From positions 1-22,757 of the forward strand of contig JBOEGD010000046.1 of the NCBI GenBank assembly GCA_050633245.1: 22,757 nt of DNA, read 5' to 3'. The stretch is from Calditrichia bacterium (lineage in GTDB: Bacteria; Calditrichota; Calditrichia; RBG-13-44-9; J075). The notes beneath the pieces are model-generated. The model was not told the DNA's origin, made no database searches, and was given only the letters and a program-made list of their open reading frames with translations. Below, piece after piece: positions 1 through 8,370 of the stretch. Within the stretch, counting starts at the first letter, position 1. Every line of letters starts with the position of its first letter. The position numbers were made by a program, and so were the translations under genes.

Positions 1-52
1 GCTCGTCGGGCTCATAACCCGAAGGTCGCAGGTTCAAATCCTGCCCCCGCTA
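1..52 (+). tRNA. tRNA-fMet (initiator, anticodon CAT), 5'-truncated by the window edge; CCA not encoded
   Basis: GCTCGTCGGGCTCATAACCCGAAGGTCGCAGGTTCAAATCCTGCCCCCGCTA. Anticodon stem TCGGG/CCCGA has the three consecutive G-C pairs of initiator tRNA, loop CTCATAA, T-loop TTCAAAT. Followed by CAA rather than CCA. Confidence 0.96.
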
Positions 53-79
53 CAAGAGAAGGCATTTGCCGGATCATTT

Positions 80-110
80 AAATGCAGCCACTTGGCTGCA
101 TTTGCTTTTT
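80..110 (+). terminator. Probable intrinsic terminator after tRNA-fMet
   Basis: Stem AAATGCAGCC (80-89) / GGCTGCATTT (94-103), loop ACTT, followed by GCTTTTT. Confidence 0.6.
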
Positions 111-354
111 AAATCCCTCTGATCATTCAATGCCTTAAATTCTTTGACCACACTTACCTTTTGCTCTATTGCCACTAACTTGTTTTGTCGCTTGTGTTGC
201 ATTGATTTTGTGCTTCAATACTTTTATCTTTATTGAGTATCCGCTGAGAACCGCAACAGATATTGTTCTACCTTTACAATAGGCTTGAATAGTATTGTGC
301 AATGATACTCAAATGATGAATGCTCTCAATAAAACCAAACCTGTGGAATATAAT

Positions 355-1527
355 ATGAACAATAAACGATCAGTAAATTTCGTAGCGTTTGCTATAACCG
401 TTATGGTAATGGCCAGCATAGGCTTTGCTCAGACACCATCAGGCAACGAGGTAAGTTCAATGGAAAACAGATATTTTAAACTGGACTTCTCAGACAGTTC
501 TTATGATATGTCTGATATTGAAAATCAGTTTTTTACCACCTACCCGCACGATGACCCTACACAAGGTGATATTGTGTATGATAGAGTAAAGTGGGTTAAC
601 AAGGATATGTTTAAACTGGTGAACGGCGATGGCCTTTATTTATACATCAAGGACAGAAATGATGGCAAAAGTTTTGATTCCTTTCGCCTTACCTCGAAGT
701 CTTTTTATAATATAAATGAAGAAAATAAACGCCTGCTGTTTGTGTTTAAAGGACAACTACCTTCTGCGAAAGGCATTTGGCCTGCATGGTGGCTTAATGG
801 CAGTGTTCAGGATGAATGGACCTACGAAAAAAACGGGCGTGTAGACGAAGATGCAGATTTGGACAAGTTCTCGGGGAAGGGACGTTTTTACAATACGCGT
901 ACGGCTGTTAACTCCACGGATTGGCCCAGCTCTGGTGAAATTGATATCATTGAAACCATTAATGGCGTAAAGGTAGTTCACAATACGATTCATACCTGTC
1001 CGCAAATGTGTGATTCTGAATGGAATAGTGATGGCCAGATAATCAATTGCGCGAACTCAAACTCACTCGACCCCAATCCCGGCTGTAGTGGTAAACCGTA
1101 TACGGTGGATTCTGTTGAAGGAACCTTCGCCTGCCTTTGGGAGAACAAAAAATTGACGTTCTATTATTGGGCGCCCAAAGAAAATGTAAGGGAGGATGGC
1201 GGTCCGTTAAGCGCTAAACCAACGCCGGATAAATGGACGGGTGATAATTTGAAGAATCAGGTTCGGTTGCTGGAAACCGATACCGAATGCGACAATGCTC
1301 GGCATCAGGAGTGGCAGTGTACCAATTGTGAAGGGAATAACACCTGCAACTTTAGAAATATGAAAATGATCTTTAACATAACTCTGTGTGGAAGCTGGGC
1401 CGGCAATAAGTTTGATGAGACGAAAGAGGCATGGCAAAATTGTAAGTCCTACATCGTCGGTGAAGGCAAAAAAGATATTGATAACCAGTTTATAAAAATC
1501 GAGTACCTATCGGTAAGCACATATTGA
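355..1527 (+). CDS. Secreted glycoside hydrolase family 16 (laminarinase/mixed-linkage beta-glucanase-like, fungal Lam16A-type)
   Basis: GH16 motifs GIWPAWWL and WPSSGEIDIIE (ExDxxE at 937-954), plus C-terminal FNITLCGSWAG. The ORF is open from 295; ATG 355 is preferred because it gives a clean signal peptide MNNKRSVNFVAFAITVMVMASIGFA/Q. Confidence 0.85.
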   Translation: MNNKRSVNFVAFAITVMVMASIGFAQTPSGNEVSSMENRYFKLDFSDSSYDMSDIENQFFTTYPHDDPTQGDIVYDRVKWVNKDMFKLVNGDGLYLYIKDRNDGKSFDSFRLTSKSFYNINEENKRLLFVFKGQLPSAKGIWPAWWLNGSVQDEWTYEKNGRVDEDADLDKFSGKGRFYNTRTAVNSTDWPSSGEIDIIETINGVKVVHNTIHTCPQMCDSEWNSDGQIINCANSNSLDPNPGCSGKPYTVDSVEGTFACLWENKKLTFYYWAPKENVREDGGPLSAKPTPDKWTGDNLKNQVRLLETDTECDNARHQEWQCTNCEGNNTCNFRNMKMIFNITLCGSWAGNKFDETKEAWQNCKSYIVGEGKKDIDNQFIKIEYLSVSTY

Positions 1528-1808
1528 TGTTGTTCTTTTACAAGATAATTGATAAAGGCTGTACAAAATTTGGTATGTATGCTGAGAAGAAAAATCGCTA
1601 TGAATTACAAAGCTCCGTAAGACAGCCAATTTTGAATTGCCGAGAAGGTAAACCCGGCGGTTCGAAAGAATCATGTTTTTTACAAGAAACACTTGCATGG
1701 AGATCAATGAGATATTAAACTTGCCTTCCACTTTGCTGGTAGCTGTACTCTGCATTAAGATGATCTGGCTGGTGGGGCCGAGTTGAAGTAATATCTTTAC
1801 TTGTGCAT

Positions 1809-1882
1809 GGCGGCATAGCTCAGTTGGTTAGAGCAGTGGAATCATAATCCACGTGTCCGGGGTTCGAATCCCTGTGCCGCCA
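1809..1882 (+). tRNA. tRNA with CAT anticodon, most likely elongator tRNA-Met; CCA not encoded
   Basis: Full cloverleaf: acceptor GGCGGCA/TGCCGCC, D arm GCTC/GAGC, anticodon arm GTGGA-ATCATAA-TCCAC, T arm CGGGG-TTCGAAT-CCCTG, discriminator A. G2:C71 and C3:G70 favour Met over Ile2. Confidence 0.93.
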
Positions 1883-1911
1883 CAATTTTTTCCTTTCCCC
1901 TCCAACTTTAT

Positions 1912-3297
1912 ATGAAGCAATCTCTCAAACATGCTTTCCTAAGATTCCTTAAACAACATTCGCTTGTACAAAAAAATCAACGACTGCTTCTTGCTATCAG
2001 TGGTGGTCTGGATTCTATGGTGCTTTTGGCGCTTTTTCAGGAATGGCAGCGCATGTTACAGCTGGATTTGCACATTCTGCACGTGAATCATCAATTACGT
2101 GGAGCGGAATCGGATGCAGATGAGGCATTTGTTGCACAAATTGCTAAAGATTCAAACCTTTCTTTTCATTCCCTCAAACGCGATGTACAGAAACTTGCGG
2201 ACGAGCAAAGGCTGAGCCTTGAGGAAGCGGGGCGGCAGGCGCGGTTGGAATTTTTCACCGAACGGCATCATGCACTAAATGCCGACGCGGTTGCCACAGC
2301 TCATCATTTGGATGATCAGGCCGAGACGGTTTTGATGCACCTCTTTAGTGGAACCGGGCTCGATGGACTTGCCGGCATTCGGCTTAAGCGCGATATTTTG
2401 ATCCGCCCACTGCTTTTTGCCTCCCGGGATGCTATTTCAACTTTTGCAAAACAGAACGATTTGCGATGGCGAGAAGATGAATCGAATAAAAATCTGCGTT
2501 TTGTACGTAACCGCATCCGCCAATTAATCATCCCATATATTCAGCAGCACGCCGGAAATTTTAGTCGTGAAGCACTTTTGCGCTCCGGATTAACGCTGCA
2601 GGAGTGGTTGGATGCCACTGATAGCGTGCTTGAAGAGGCAAAAGAAAAGCTGGTTTTTGACGGGATCGAAAATAAAATTCGACTTGAAATGGGAAGCTAT
2701 CGGGAGTATTTTTCGAGGAATCGTCTGAGGCTGTTAGAATATTGTGTGAATCTGATTGCAGAACGTCCGCATCAACTGTCATACAACACTTTTGAAAGCT
2801 TCACAAGCTGGCTGGATAATCCCACTGGAAGGCGATTTTGGCTCACGAAGCAAATCTCTGCGATGGTGCGCTCCGGAGATCTGATTATTGCAGGACCTGT
2901 CTTACAGCAGGAGTTACACGAGGAACTATTGCCAGATAAACGCTATGAATTTCTTCCTCCTGGAATCGCGGTTGAGGTCTGGAAGGAAAGTAGATCAACG
3001 ACTGCTCTTCCCGACGGCAAATTGCTTGAACGGCTGGATGGAGAACATATTTCTTTCCCCTTAATTCTACGCACTTGGAAAGCGGATGATCGTTTTCAAC
3101 CACTTGGGCTGGCATTTGAGAAAAAGATTAAAGACTTTTTATCTGAAGGGAATAAGCGCTTCCTTCCAAAAGAAAAGAGCCTGGTCTTGTTGAACGGGGT
3201 GGATATAATCGCCGTTCTCGGTGAACGAATCAGCGAGCGCTATAAAGTAACCAATAAAACAACCCAAATTATTAACGTTAGAACCGAGCGGCTATGA
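1912..3297 (+). CDS. tilS: tRNA(Ile)-lysidine synthetase
   Basis: PP-loop SGGLDS, HVNHQLRG, AHHLDDQAET, RPLL, DESN and RNRIR motifs, plus a TilS C-terminal domain. Canonical tilS-hpt-ftsH order. Confidence 0.96.
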   Translation: MKQSLKHAFLRFLKQHSLVQKNQRLLLAISGGLDSMVLLALFQEWQRMLQLDLHILHVNHQLRGAESDADEAFVAQIAKDSNLSFHSLKRDVQKLADEQRLSLEEAGRQARLEFFTERHHALNADAVATAHHLDDQAETVLMHLFSGTGLDGLAGIRLKRDILIRPLLFASRDAISTFAKQNDLRWREDESNKNLRFVRNRIRQLIIPYIQQHAGNFSREALLRSGLTLQEWLDATDSVLEEAKEKLVFDGIENKIRLEMGSYREYFSRNRLRLLEYCVNLIAERPHQLSYNTFESFTSWLDNPTGRRFWLTKQISAMVRSGDLIIAGPVLQQELHEELLPDKRYEFLPPGIAVEVWKESRSTTALPDGKLLERLDGEHISFPLILRTWKADDRFQPLGLAFEKKIKDFLSEGNKRFLPKEKSLVLLNGVDIIAVLGERISERYKVTNKTTQIINVRTERL

Positions 3298-3842
3298 AGA
3301 CCGAACCAACGCTAAAAATTGATGACCTTGAATTTGAAGTACTTATTTCAGAAGACGAAGTAAAAAAGCGAGTTGCCGACCTGGCTGCGGAATTGTCCCG
3401 TGAATATGCCGGTAAAGCACCTATCTTTGTAGGCGTGCTAAATGGCGCCGTACTTTTTTTAACCGATTTGATAAAAGAACTATCAATCGATTGTGAAATC
3501 GACTTTATTAAGATCTCCAGCTACGGAAATGAGCGCGTGTCTTCCGGGCAAATTACCATGATAAAAGATTTTAGTGCAGACCTGCACGGCCGCGATGTAA
3601 TTGTCGTTGAAGATATTGTCGACTCTGGCCTGTCTGTGCAGTATATGATGCGTCGGATTAAAAGCATGAAACCTGCGTCGCTAAAATTTGTATCATTATT
3701 AATGAAGAAGGGCACGCTGAAGGTCGATCTTAGTATCGACTATGTGGGCTTTGAGATAGATGATAAGTTTGTCGTTGGCTATGGCCTCGACTATAAACAG
3801 CTAAAGAGAAATACCAAAGCAATCTATCAACTGAAAAAATAA
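3294..3842 (+). CDS. hpt: Hypoxanthine phosphoribosyltransferase
   Basis: PRPP-binding motif VIVVEDIVDSG, ISSYG and FVVGYGLDY. ATGA overlap with the tilS stop. Confidence 0.96.
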   Translation: MKTEPTLKIDDLEFEVLISEDEVKKRVADLAAELSREYAGKAPIFVGVLNGAVLFLTDLIKELSIDCEIDFIKISSYGNERVSSGQITMIKDFSADLHGRDVIVVEDIVDSGLSVQYMMRRIKSMKPASLKFVSLLMKKGTLKVDLSIDYVGFEIDDKFVVGYGLDYKQLKRNTKAIYQLKK

Positions 3843-3867
3843 CAATCATATAGATGGTGGTGTACAC

Positions 3868-5922
3868 ATGAGTGATGACAATGGCTTTAACAAAAATCGT
3901 CCTCCCAATAATAATGATGACAATGGGAAGAATGATGATTTTCAGTGGAAGAAAGGCTCCAGAGGTATCCTGTTTTGGGTAGCTCTTTTTCTGCTAATTG
4001 CGCTTTTTGCCACGCTTTACCCCCCAACGGATAACAGTCAGAAGGAAATCCCCTTCAGTCAGTACATGGAATTTCTGGAAAATAATGAAATCCATTCCGG
4101 TGAGGTAAGCGTTCGTGAAGACATTAAAGAGTTTATTGGTCAGTTAAAAGAAGACAAGGCCGAAGAACTTGCCAACGGTAAAACGGTTTACTACAACAAG
4201 TTTAAAACGATTCTGCCATATGTAGACAAGGATATGCTGGCAATGTGGGAAGAAAAGCAGGTCGACATTAAATTTGTGCAGGGCTCCCTTGAATGGCTGG
4301 AAGTCTTTGGACAATTTTTGCCTTGGCTGCTTCTCCTTGGAATATGGATTTTTATCTTCCGCAGGATGCAGGGTGGTGGCGGCGGAAAGAACATTTTCTC
4401 CTTCGGTAAGAGCAAAGCTCGCATGCTGATGGAAAATGAAACCCGCGTAACATTTAGCGATGTTGCCGGCTGCGACGAAGCGAAAGAAGAGCTGAAGGAA
4501 ATTATTGAGTTTTTGAAGAATCCAAGCAAGTTTAGCAAGCTTGGCGGTAAAATTCCAAAAGGTGCGCTTTTGTTAGGTCCTCCCGGAACCGGAAAAACCT
4601 TACTGGCGCGTGCCGTTGCCGGTGAAGCCGGTGTTCCATTCTTTTCGATGAGTGGCGCCGACTTTGTTGAAATGTTTGTTGGTGTTGGCGCAAGTCGCGT
4701 TCGTGATCTGTTCGACCAGGGACGAAAAAATGCCCCCTGTATCATTTTTATCGACGAAATTGATGCCGTTGGAAGACAGCGTGGTGCCGGTTTAGGCGGT
4801 GGGCATGATGAGCGCGAGCAGACGTTAAACGCGCTGCTGGTTGAAATGGATGGTTTCGATACTCAGGAAGGCGTAATAATTGTTGCCGCTACCAACCGTC
4901 CCGATGTATTGGATGCCGCACTGCTGCGTCCCGGTCGTTTCGACCGTCAGATTGTTGTCGACCGCCCGGATGTGCGCGGACGTGAAGGCATTCTGAAAGT
5001 ACATACCAAGAAAATCCCGCTCGATAGCAATGTCGACTTAACCGTTATTGCCAAAGGAACGCCCGGCCTGGCCGGTGCCGAACTTGCGAATCTGGTAAAT
5101 GAGGCCGCTTTGTTTGCCGCACGCACAGATCGCGATAAGGTGACGATGGAAGATTTTGAGACGGCTAAAGATAAAATTATGATGGGCATGGAGCGCAAAA
5201 GCCTGATTATGACGGAAGATGAGCGCAAAAGCACCGCTTATCACGAAGCCGGACATGCTCTGGTTGGTAAGCTGATCCCCGGATCCGATCCGGTGCATAA
5301 GGTAACGATCATTCCGCGTGGTCGCGCTCTGGGCGTAACCCATTACCTTCCGACAGATGAAAACTATACAATGTCTAAACAGTATATCGAAACGCGCCTT
5401 TGTATGTTGATGGGAGGCCGTGTTGCAGAAAAGCTGATTTTTGACCATTACACAACCGGTGCTGGAAACGATATCGAACGGGCAACTGAACTCGCTCGTC
5501 GTATGGTTACCGAATGGGGAATGAGTGATAAACTCGGCCCGCTGGCTTTTGGTAAAAAGGACGAGGAAATTTTCCTCGGACGCGAAATAGCAACGCACCG
5601 CGATTTCAGTGAGAAAACTGCTCAGGAAATCGACGCTGAGATTCGTGCGGTTATTAGCAAAGCTGAAAAACGCACAACCAAGCTTTTGACTGATAATCTC
5701 GAGGCATTGCACTTAATCTCGCAATCGCTGTTGGAACGTGAAATTTTAGATGGCGAAGAGATTGATAAGCTGATGAAAGGCGAAACGCTGCCGGCTAAAG
5801 AGAAAGGCCGTCGTTATGCCACGTTCGGAGGGAAAGATAAAAATGGTGCCGCAGCACCTGCTCCGGAAGGTGAAGATACCGATGTTGCTGAAGCCGAACC
5901 AGGTGAGGACGATAAAGAGTAG
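3868..5922 (+). CDS. ftsH: ATP-dependent zinc metalloprotease FtsH
   Basis: Two N-terminal TM segments, Walker A GPPGTGKT, Walker [31 protein letters not shown] and zinc motif HEAGH. Confidence 0.98.
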   Translation: MSDDNGFNKNRPPNNNDDNGKNDDFQWKKGSRGILFWVALFLLIALFATLYPPTDNSQKEIPFSQYMEFLENNEIHSGEVSVREDIKEFIGQLKEDKAEELANGKTVYYNKFKTILPYVDKDMLAMWEEKQVDIKFVQGSLEWLEVFGQFLPWLLLLGIWIFIFRRMQGGGGGKNIFSFGKSKARMLMENETRVTFSDVAGCDEAKEELKEIIEFLKNPSKFSKLGGKIPKGALLLGPPGTGKTLLARAVAGEAGVPFFSMSGADFVEMFVGVGASRVRDLFDQGRKNAPCIIFIDEIDAVGRQRGAGLGGGHDEREQTLNALLVEMDGFDTQEGVIIVAATNRPDVLDAALLRPGRFDRQIVVDRPDVRGREGILKVHTKKIPLDSNVDLTVIAKGTPGLAGAELANLVNEAALFAARTDRDKVTMEDFETAKDKIMMGMERKSLIMTEDERKSTAYHEAGHALVGKLIPGSDPVHKVTIIPRGRALGVTHYLPTDENYTMSKQYIETRLCMLMGGRVAEKLIFDHYTTGAGNDIERATELARRMVTEWGMSDKLGPLAFGKKDEEIFLGREIATHRDFSEKTAQEIDAEIRAVISKAEKRTTKLLTDNLEALHLISQSLLEREILDGEEIDKLMKGETLPAKEKGRRYATFGGKDKNGAAAPAPEGEDTDVAEAEPGEDDKE

Positions 5923-5948
5923 GCCTCCGGTTGTGAAACTATAGTCTC

Positions 5949-5989
5949 GAACAGCCCCGTATCGCTTGATGCGGGGCTGTTCTTTTTTT
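5949..5989 (+). terminator. Rho-independent terminator after ftsH
   Basis: GAACAGCCCCGTATC-GCTT-GATGCGGGGCTGTTC stem-loop followed by T7. Confidence 0.88.
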
Positions 5990-6213
5990 GCGAAATAGAA
6001 GTACAAACCAATGGTTTTGGCAAGATTATTCTATTACTTTTTAAAGCTATCTTCTACGATGCTGACAATTAGCGTAGAACAACGCATTGTAGCATAAAAA
6101 AAACTGCACTGAAAGCTGTGCGATAGCTCGCTAAATTGCTTTTTTGCGAGCGTACGCTTGACAATACATAAACGATATTTGGTTAAAATGCTTTCCGCAG
6201 GTTTGGAAACGAT

Positions 6214-6720
6214 ATGGATCATGAAAAGATAAAGCGTGGCGTTGAACTTTTGCTGGAAGGCATTGGTGAAGATCTCCAGCGACCAGGATTACAGGAAACG
6301 CCCGAACGAGTAGCCGGCATGTACGCAGATATCTTTGCCGGTTTGCATGCTACGCCCCACTTAAAAAGCGTCTTTTCAGAAGAGTCAACCGGTGAAAGTG
6401 TTGTCCATCTTCGCCGTATCGATTTTTATTCCATCTGCGAGCATCATTTATTGCCTTTCTTCGGCACCATCGATATCTCTTATCGCCCTACGACAAAAAT
6501 TGCCGGGTTCTCTTCTTTTTCCCGGCTCGTCGATGATTTGGCTCGACGCCCGCAAATTCAGGAGCGTCTAACCAGCCAGATAGCCGACATAATTATGACT
6601 GAACTGGAACCTGCTGCCGTGCGTGTGGTTAGTAAAGCCACACAGCTTTGCACCTGTATGCGCGGCAGTCATCGCAAACGAATGCAGACAATTTGCGAGA
6701 CATCTCGCGGACAGATTTAA
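6214..6720 (+). CDS. folE: GTP cyclohydrolase I (FolE family), short and divergent
   Basis: Motifs GLQETPERVA, SICEHHLLPFFG, RRPQIQERLT and LCTCMRG. Lies between ftsH and folP. Confidence 0.85.
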   Translation: MDHEKIKRGVELLLEGIGEDLQRPGLQETPERVAGMYADIFAGLHATPHLKSVFSEESTGESVVHLRRIDFYSICEHHLLPFFGTIDISYRPTTKIAGFSSFSRLVDDLARRPQIQERLTSQIADIIMTELEPAAVRVVSKATQLCTCMRGSHRKRMQTICETSRGQI

Positions 6721-6732
6721 ACGGACTTTCCC

Positions 6733-8367
6733 ATGATCGAAGTGTATAATTATCTTTCTGGCAATGTACCTGGCGGGCTCGCTCTATACATCCTGCTGGT
6801 GCTGTTGATTTTTACAGTCTTGAATTCTATCTCCAAAAAGAATGATCTGTTTACGCCAGAACGTTCACGACAATTCTTCTTTTGGATATGGATACTGATG
6901 ACCGCCGGCTACATGTTTTGGTGGATGTCGAATCCTCCGGAAGGTAAAATGTATCGTTATGCTGTTATTGTTCAACCAAATGAGAGTGATGAAGAGCTCA
7001 ATTGGTTATCCAACTATCTACAAGAAGCGTTTTCTGAGGGTATGACTCCGTTTCGCGACCGAAATGAGGTGAACTTTCGACAGCGCTGGGCTGGCACAGG
7101 CGGAATGAAAGTCGCCCCGCAACATGCCTTTTGGGACAGTCTGATGAACCGCTTGCCGGCATATACCTATGCCTTTATTTCCGTCGATCGTCAGAACGGC
7201 AAGCCGATGCTTTCAATAAAACGCTATGATGACGGTGAGGCAAAGCCGACGGCAGAAACTGTCCTTGAGCTAAACTCCGTCGATCCGCGTGGCGCTATAA
7301 AGAGCGTGGAGAATCTGCTCGGTGAACCATTCATTGCTCGCAAGCAAGCCAACCTTCCGAACCCTGCAATTCGAGAGCTTACTAAAGTACGCCATTTATT
7401 CTACCTGGGTGACTATGCTGCCAGTGGCAAACTTGCTGCGAAACTGTTCAATAAAATGCCACAAGATCCGGAAGTGCAAAAATGGCATTATTACAACGAG
7501 ATTAAACGTGCCGGAACGTTGAAAGAAGGACAGGAAGCTACCCGAACGAATGAACTTGACCAGCGAAAGTTGCCCTGGCAAAGACTTCTGCACAATTCGC
7601 GAGCTGTACTAATTCGCATGGTTCAGGAAAATCTGAAAGACGATATCGATGATGACTATCTCATCGCCATGACGGCAGAAAGCTTTATGCTGGATGAATA
7701 TTATGCCGATGCCGAGGAGTTCCTGGAAATTGGACATGGTGTAAATCCGCTTAGTCTGGATATTCTATTACCGTTGTCGCGTTTGCACTATACCCGCTAT
7801 CGCGATCTTGGATTTGCAAATGAGACTGCAATTCTGCGCCGTATTCTGGAAATATCTCCCTTCCATGAATCGACGCTCGAACGCTTTGCAGAAAATCTAC
7901 TGCCTCGTGTAAATCTTGAAACGGCTACCGGAGAAGAGCTGCGCGATCGTTTATTAAAGGCATTGCGTCTTAACCCGGAATCAAGCCGTACTTGGGTTCT
8001 TCAGGGGAAGTTTGACAATGCAATCCAGAATTACGACGGCGCGCTATACGCTTTTAACAAAGCAGATTCTCTCTCTCCCGGAGATGGCGTATTGAAATAT
8101 AATCATGGTGTCGCACTGTTTCGGCTGGAGAGATTTGATGAAGCTGCCGATTATTTTACAGAGGCTGTTAAGTTAAATGATTATCTCGATGCGCATTTGT
8201 ATCTCGGTGCGATTTACGAACAGCGTGGCGAATATGAAAAGGCTTTGGAGCGTTTTCGCTATCGCGTTGCCAATAAGGGCGGTGAAGAAGATGTTTATGT
8301 GCGCGAGGCAATGCAGGGCATACGCAACTGTCTGGAAAAGTTAAATATCTCAATTCCTGGCACTTAA
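6733..8367 (+). CDS. Membrane-anchored tetratricopeptide repeat protein, function unknown
   Basis: Two N-terminal hydrophobic segments and C-terminal TPR-like repeats (YNHGVALFRLERFDEAADYFTEAVKLN; AHLYLGAIYEQRGEYEKALERF). Confidence 0.8.
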   Translation: MIEVYNYLSGNVPGGLALYILLVLLIFTVLNSISKKNDLFTPERSRQFFFWIWILMTAGYMFWWMSNPPEGKMYRYAVIVQPNESDEELNWLSNYLQEAFSEGMTPFRDRNEVNFRQRWAGTGGMKVAPQHAFWDSLMNRLPAYTYAFISVDRQNGKPMLSIKRYDDGEAKPTAETVLELNSVDPRGAIKSVENLLGEPFIARKQANLPNPAIRELTKVRHLFYLGDYAASGKLAAKLFNKMPQDPEVQKWHYYNEIKRAGTLKEGQEATRTNELDQRKLPWQRLLHNSRAVLIRMVQENLKDDIDDDYLIAMTAESFMLDEYYADAEEFLEIGHGVNPLSLDILLPLSRLHYTRYRDLGFANETAILRRILEISPFHESTLERFAENLLPRVNLETATGEELRDRLLKALRLNPESSRTWVLQGKFDNAIQNYDGALYAFNKADSLSPGDGVLKYNHGVALFRLERFDEAADYFTEAVKLNDYLDAHLYLGAIYEQRGEYEKALERFRYRVANKGGEEDVYVREAMQGIRNCLEKLNISIPGT

Positions 8368-8370
8368 TTT

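Noticed and set aside
295-354. GTG start at 295 for the GH16
   Set aside because: It adds 20 polar residues ahead of a normal signal peptide; ATG 355 fits better.
1507-1755. Short ORFs 1524-1718 (+) and 1507-1755 (-) between GH16 and the tRNA
   Set aside because: No convincing RBS or recognisable protein features; probably intergenic or remnant sequence.
53-1808. Possible integrative element at tRNA-fMet
   Set aside because: No integrase or transposase, and I found no duplicated tRNA 3' end (att site).
4191-5712. Long antisense ORFs (184, 95 and 224 aa) opposite ftsH
   Set aside because: Shadow ORFs of a highly conserved gene, with no recognisable motifs.
6158-6189. Sigma70-like promoter TTGACA...TAAAAT upstream of folE
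   Set aside because: The spacer is 20 nt, too long for a canonical promoter call.
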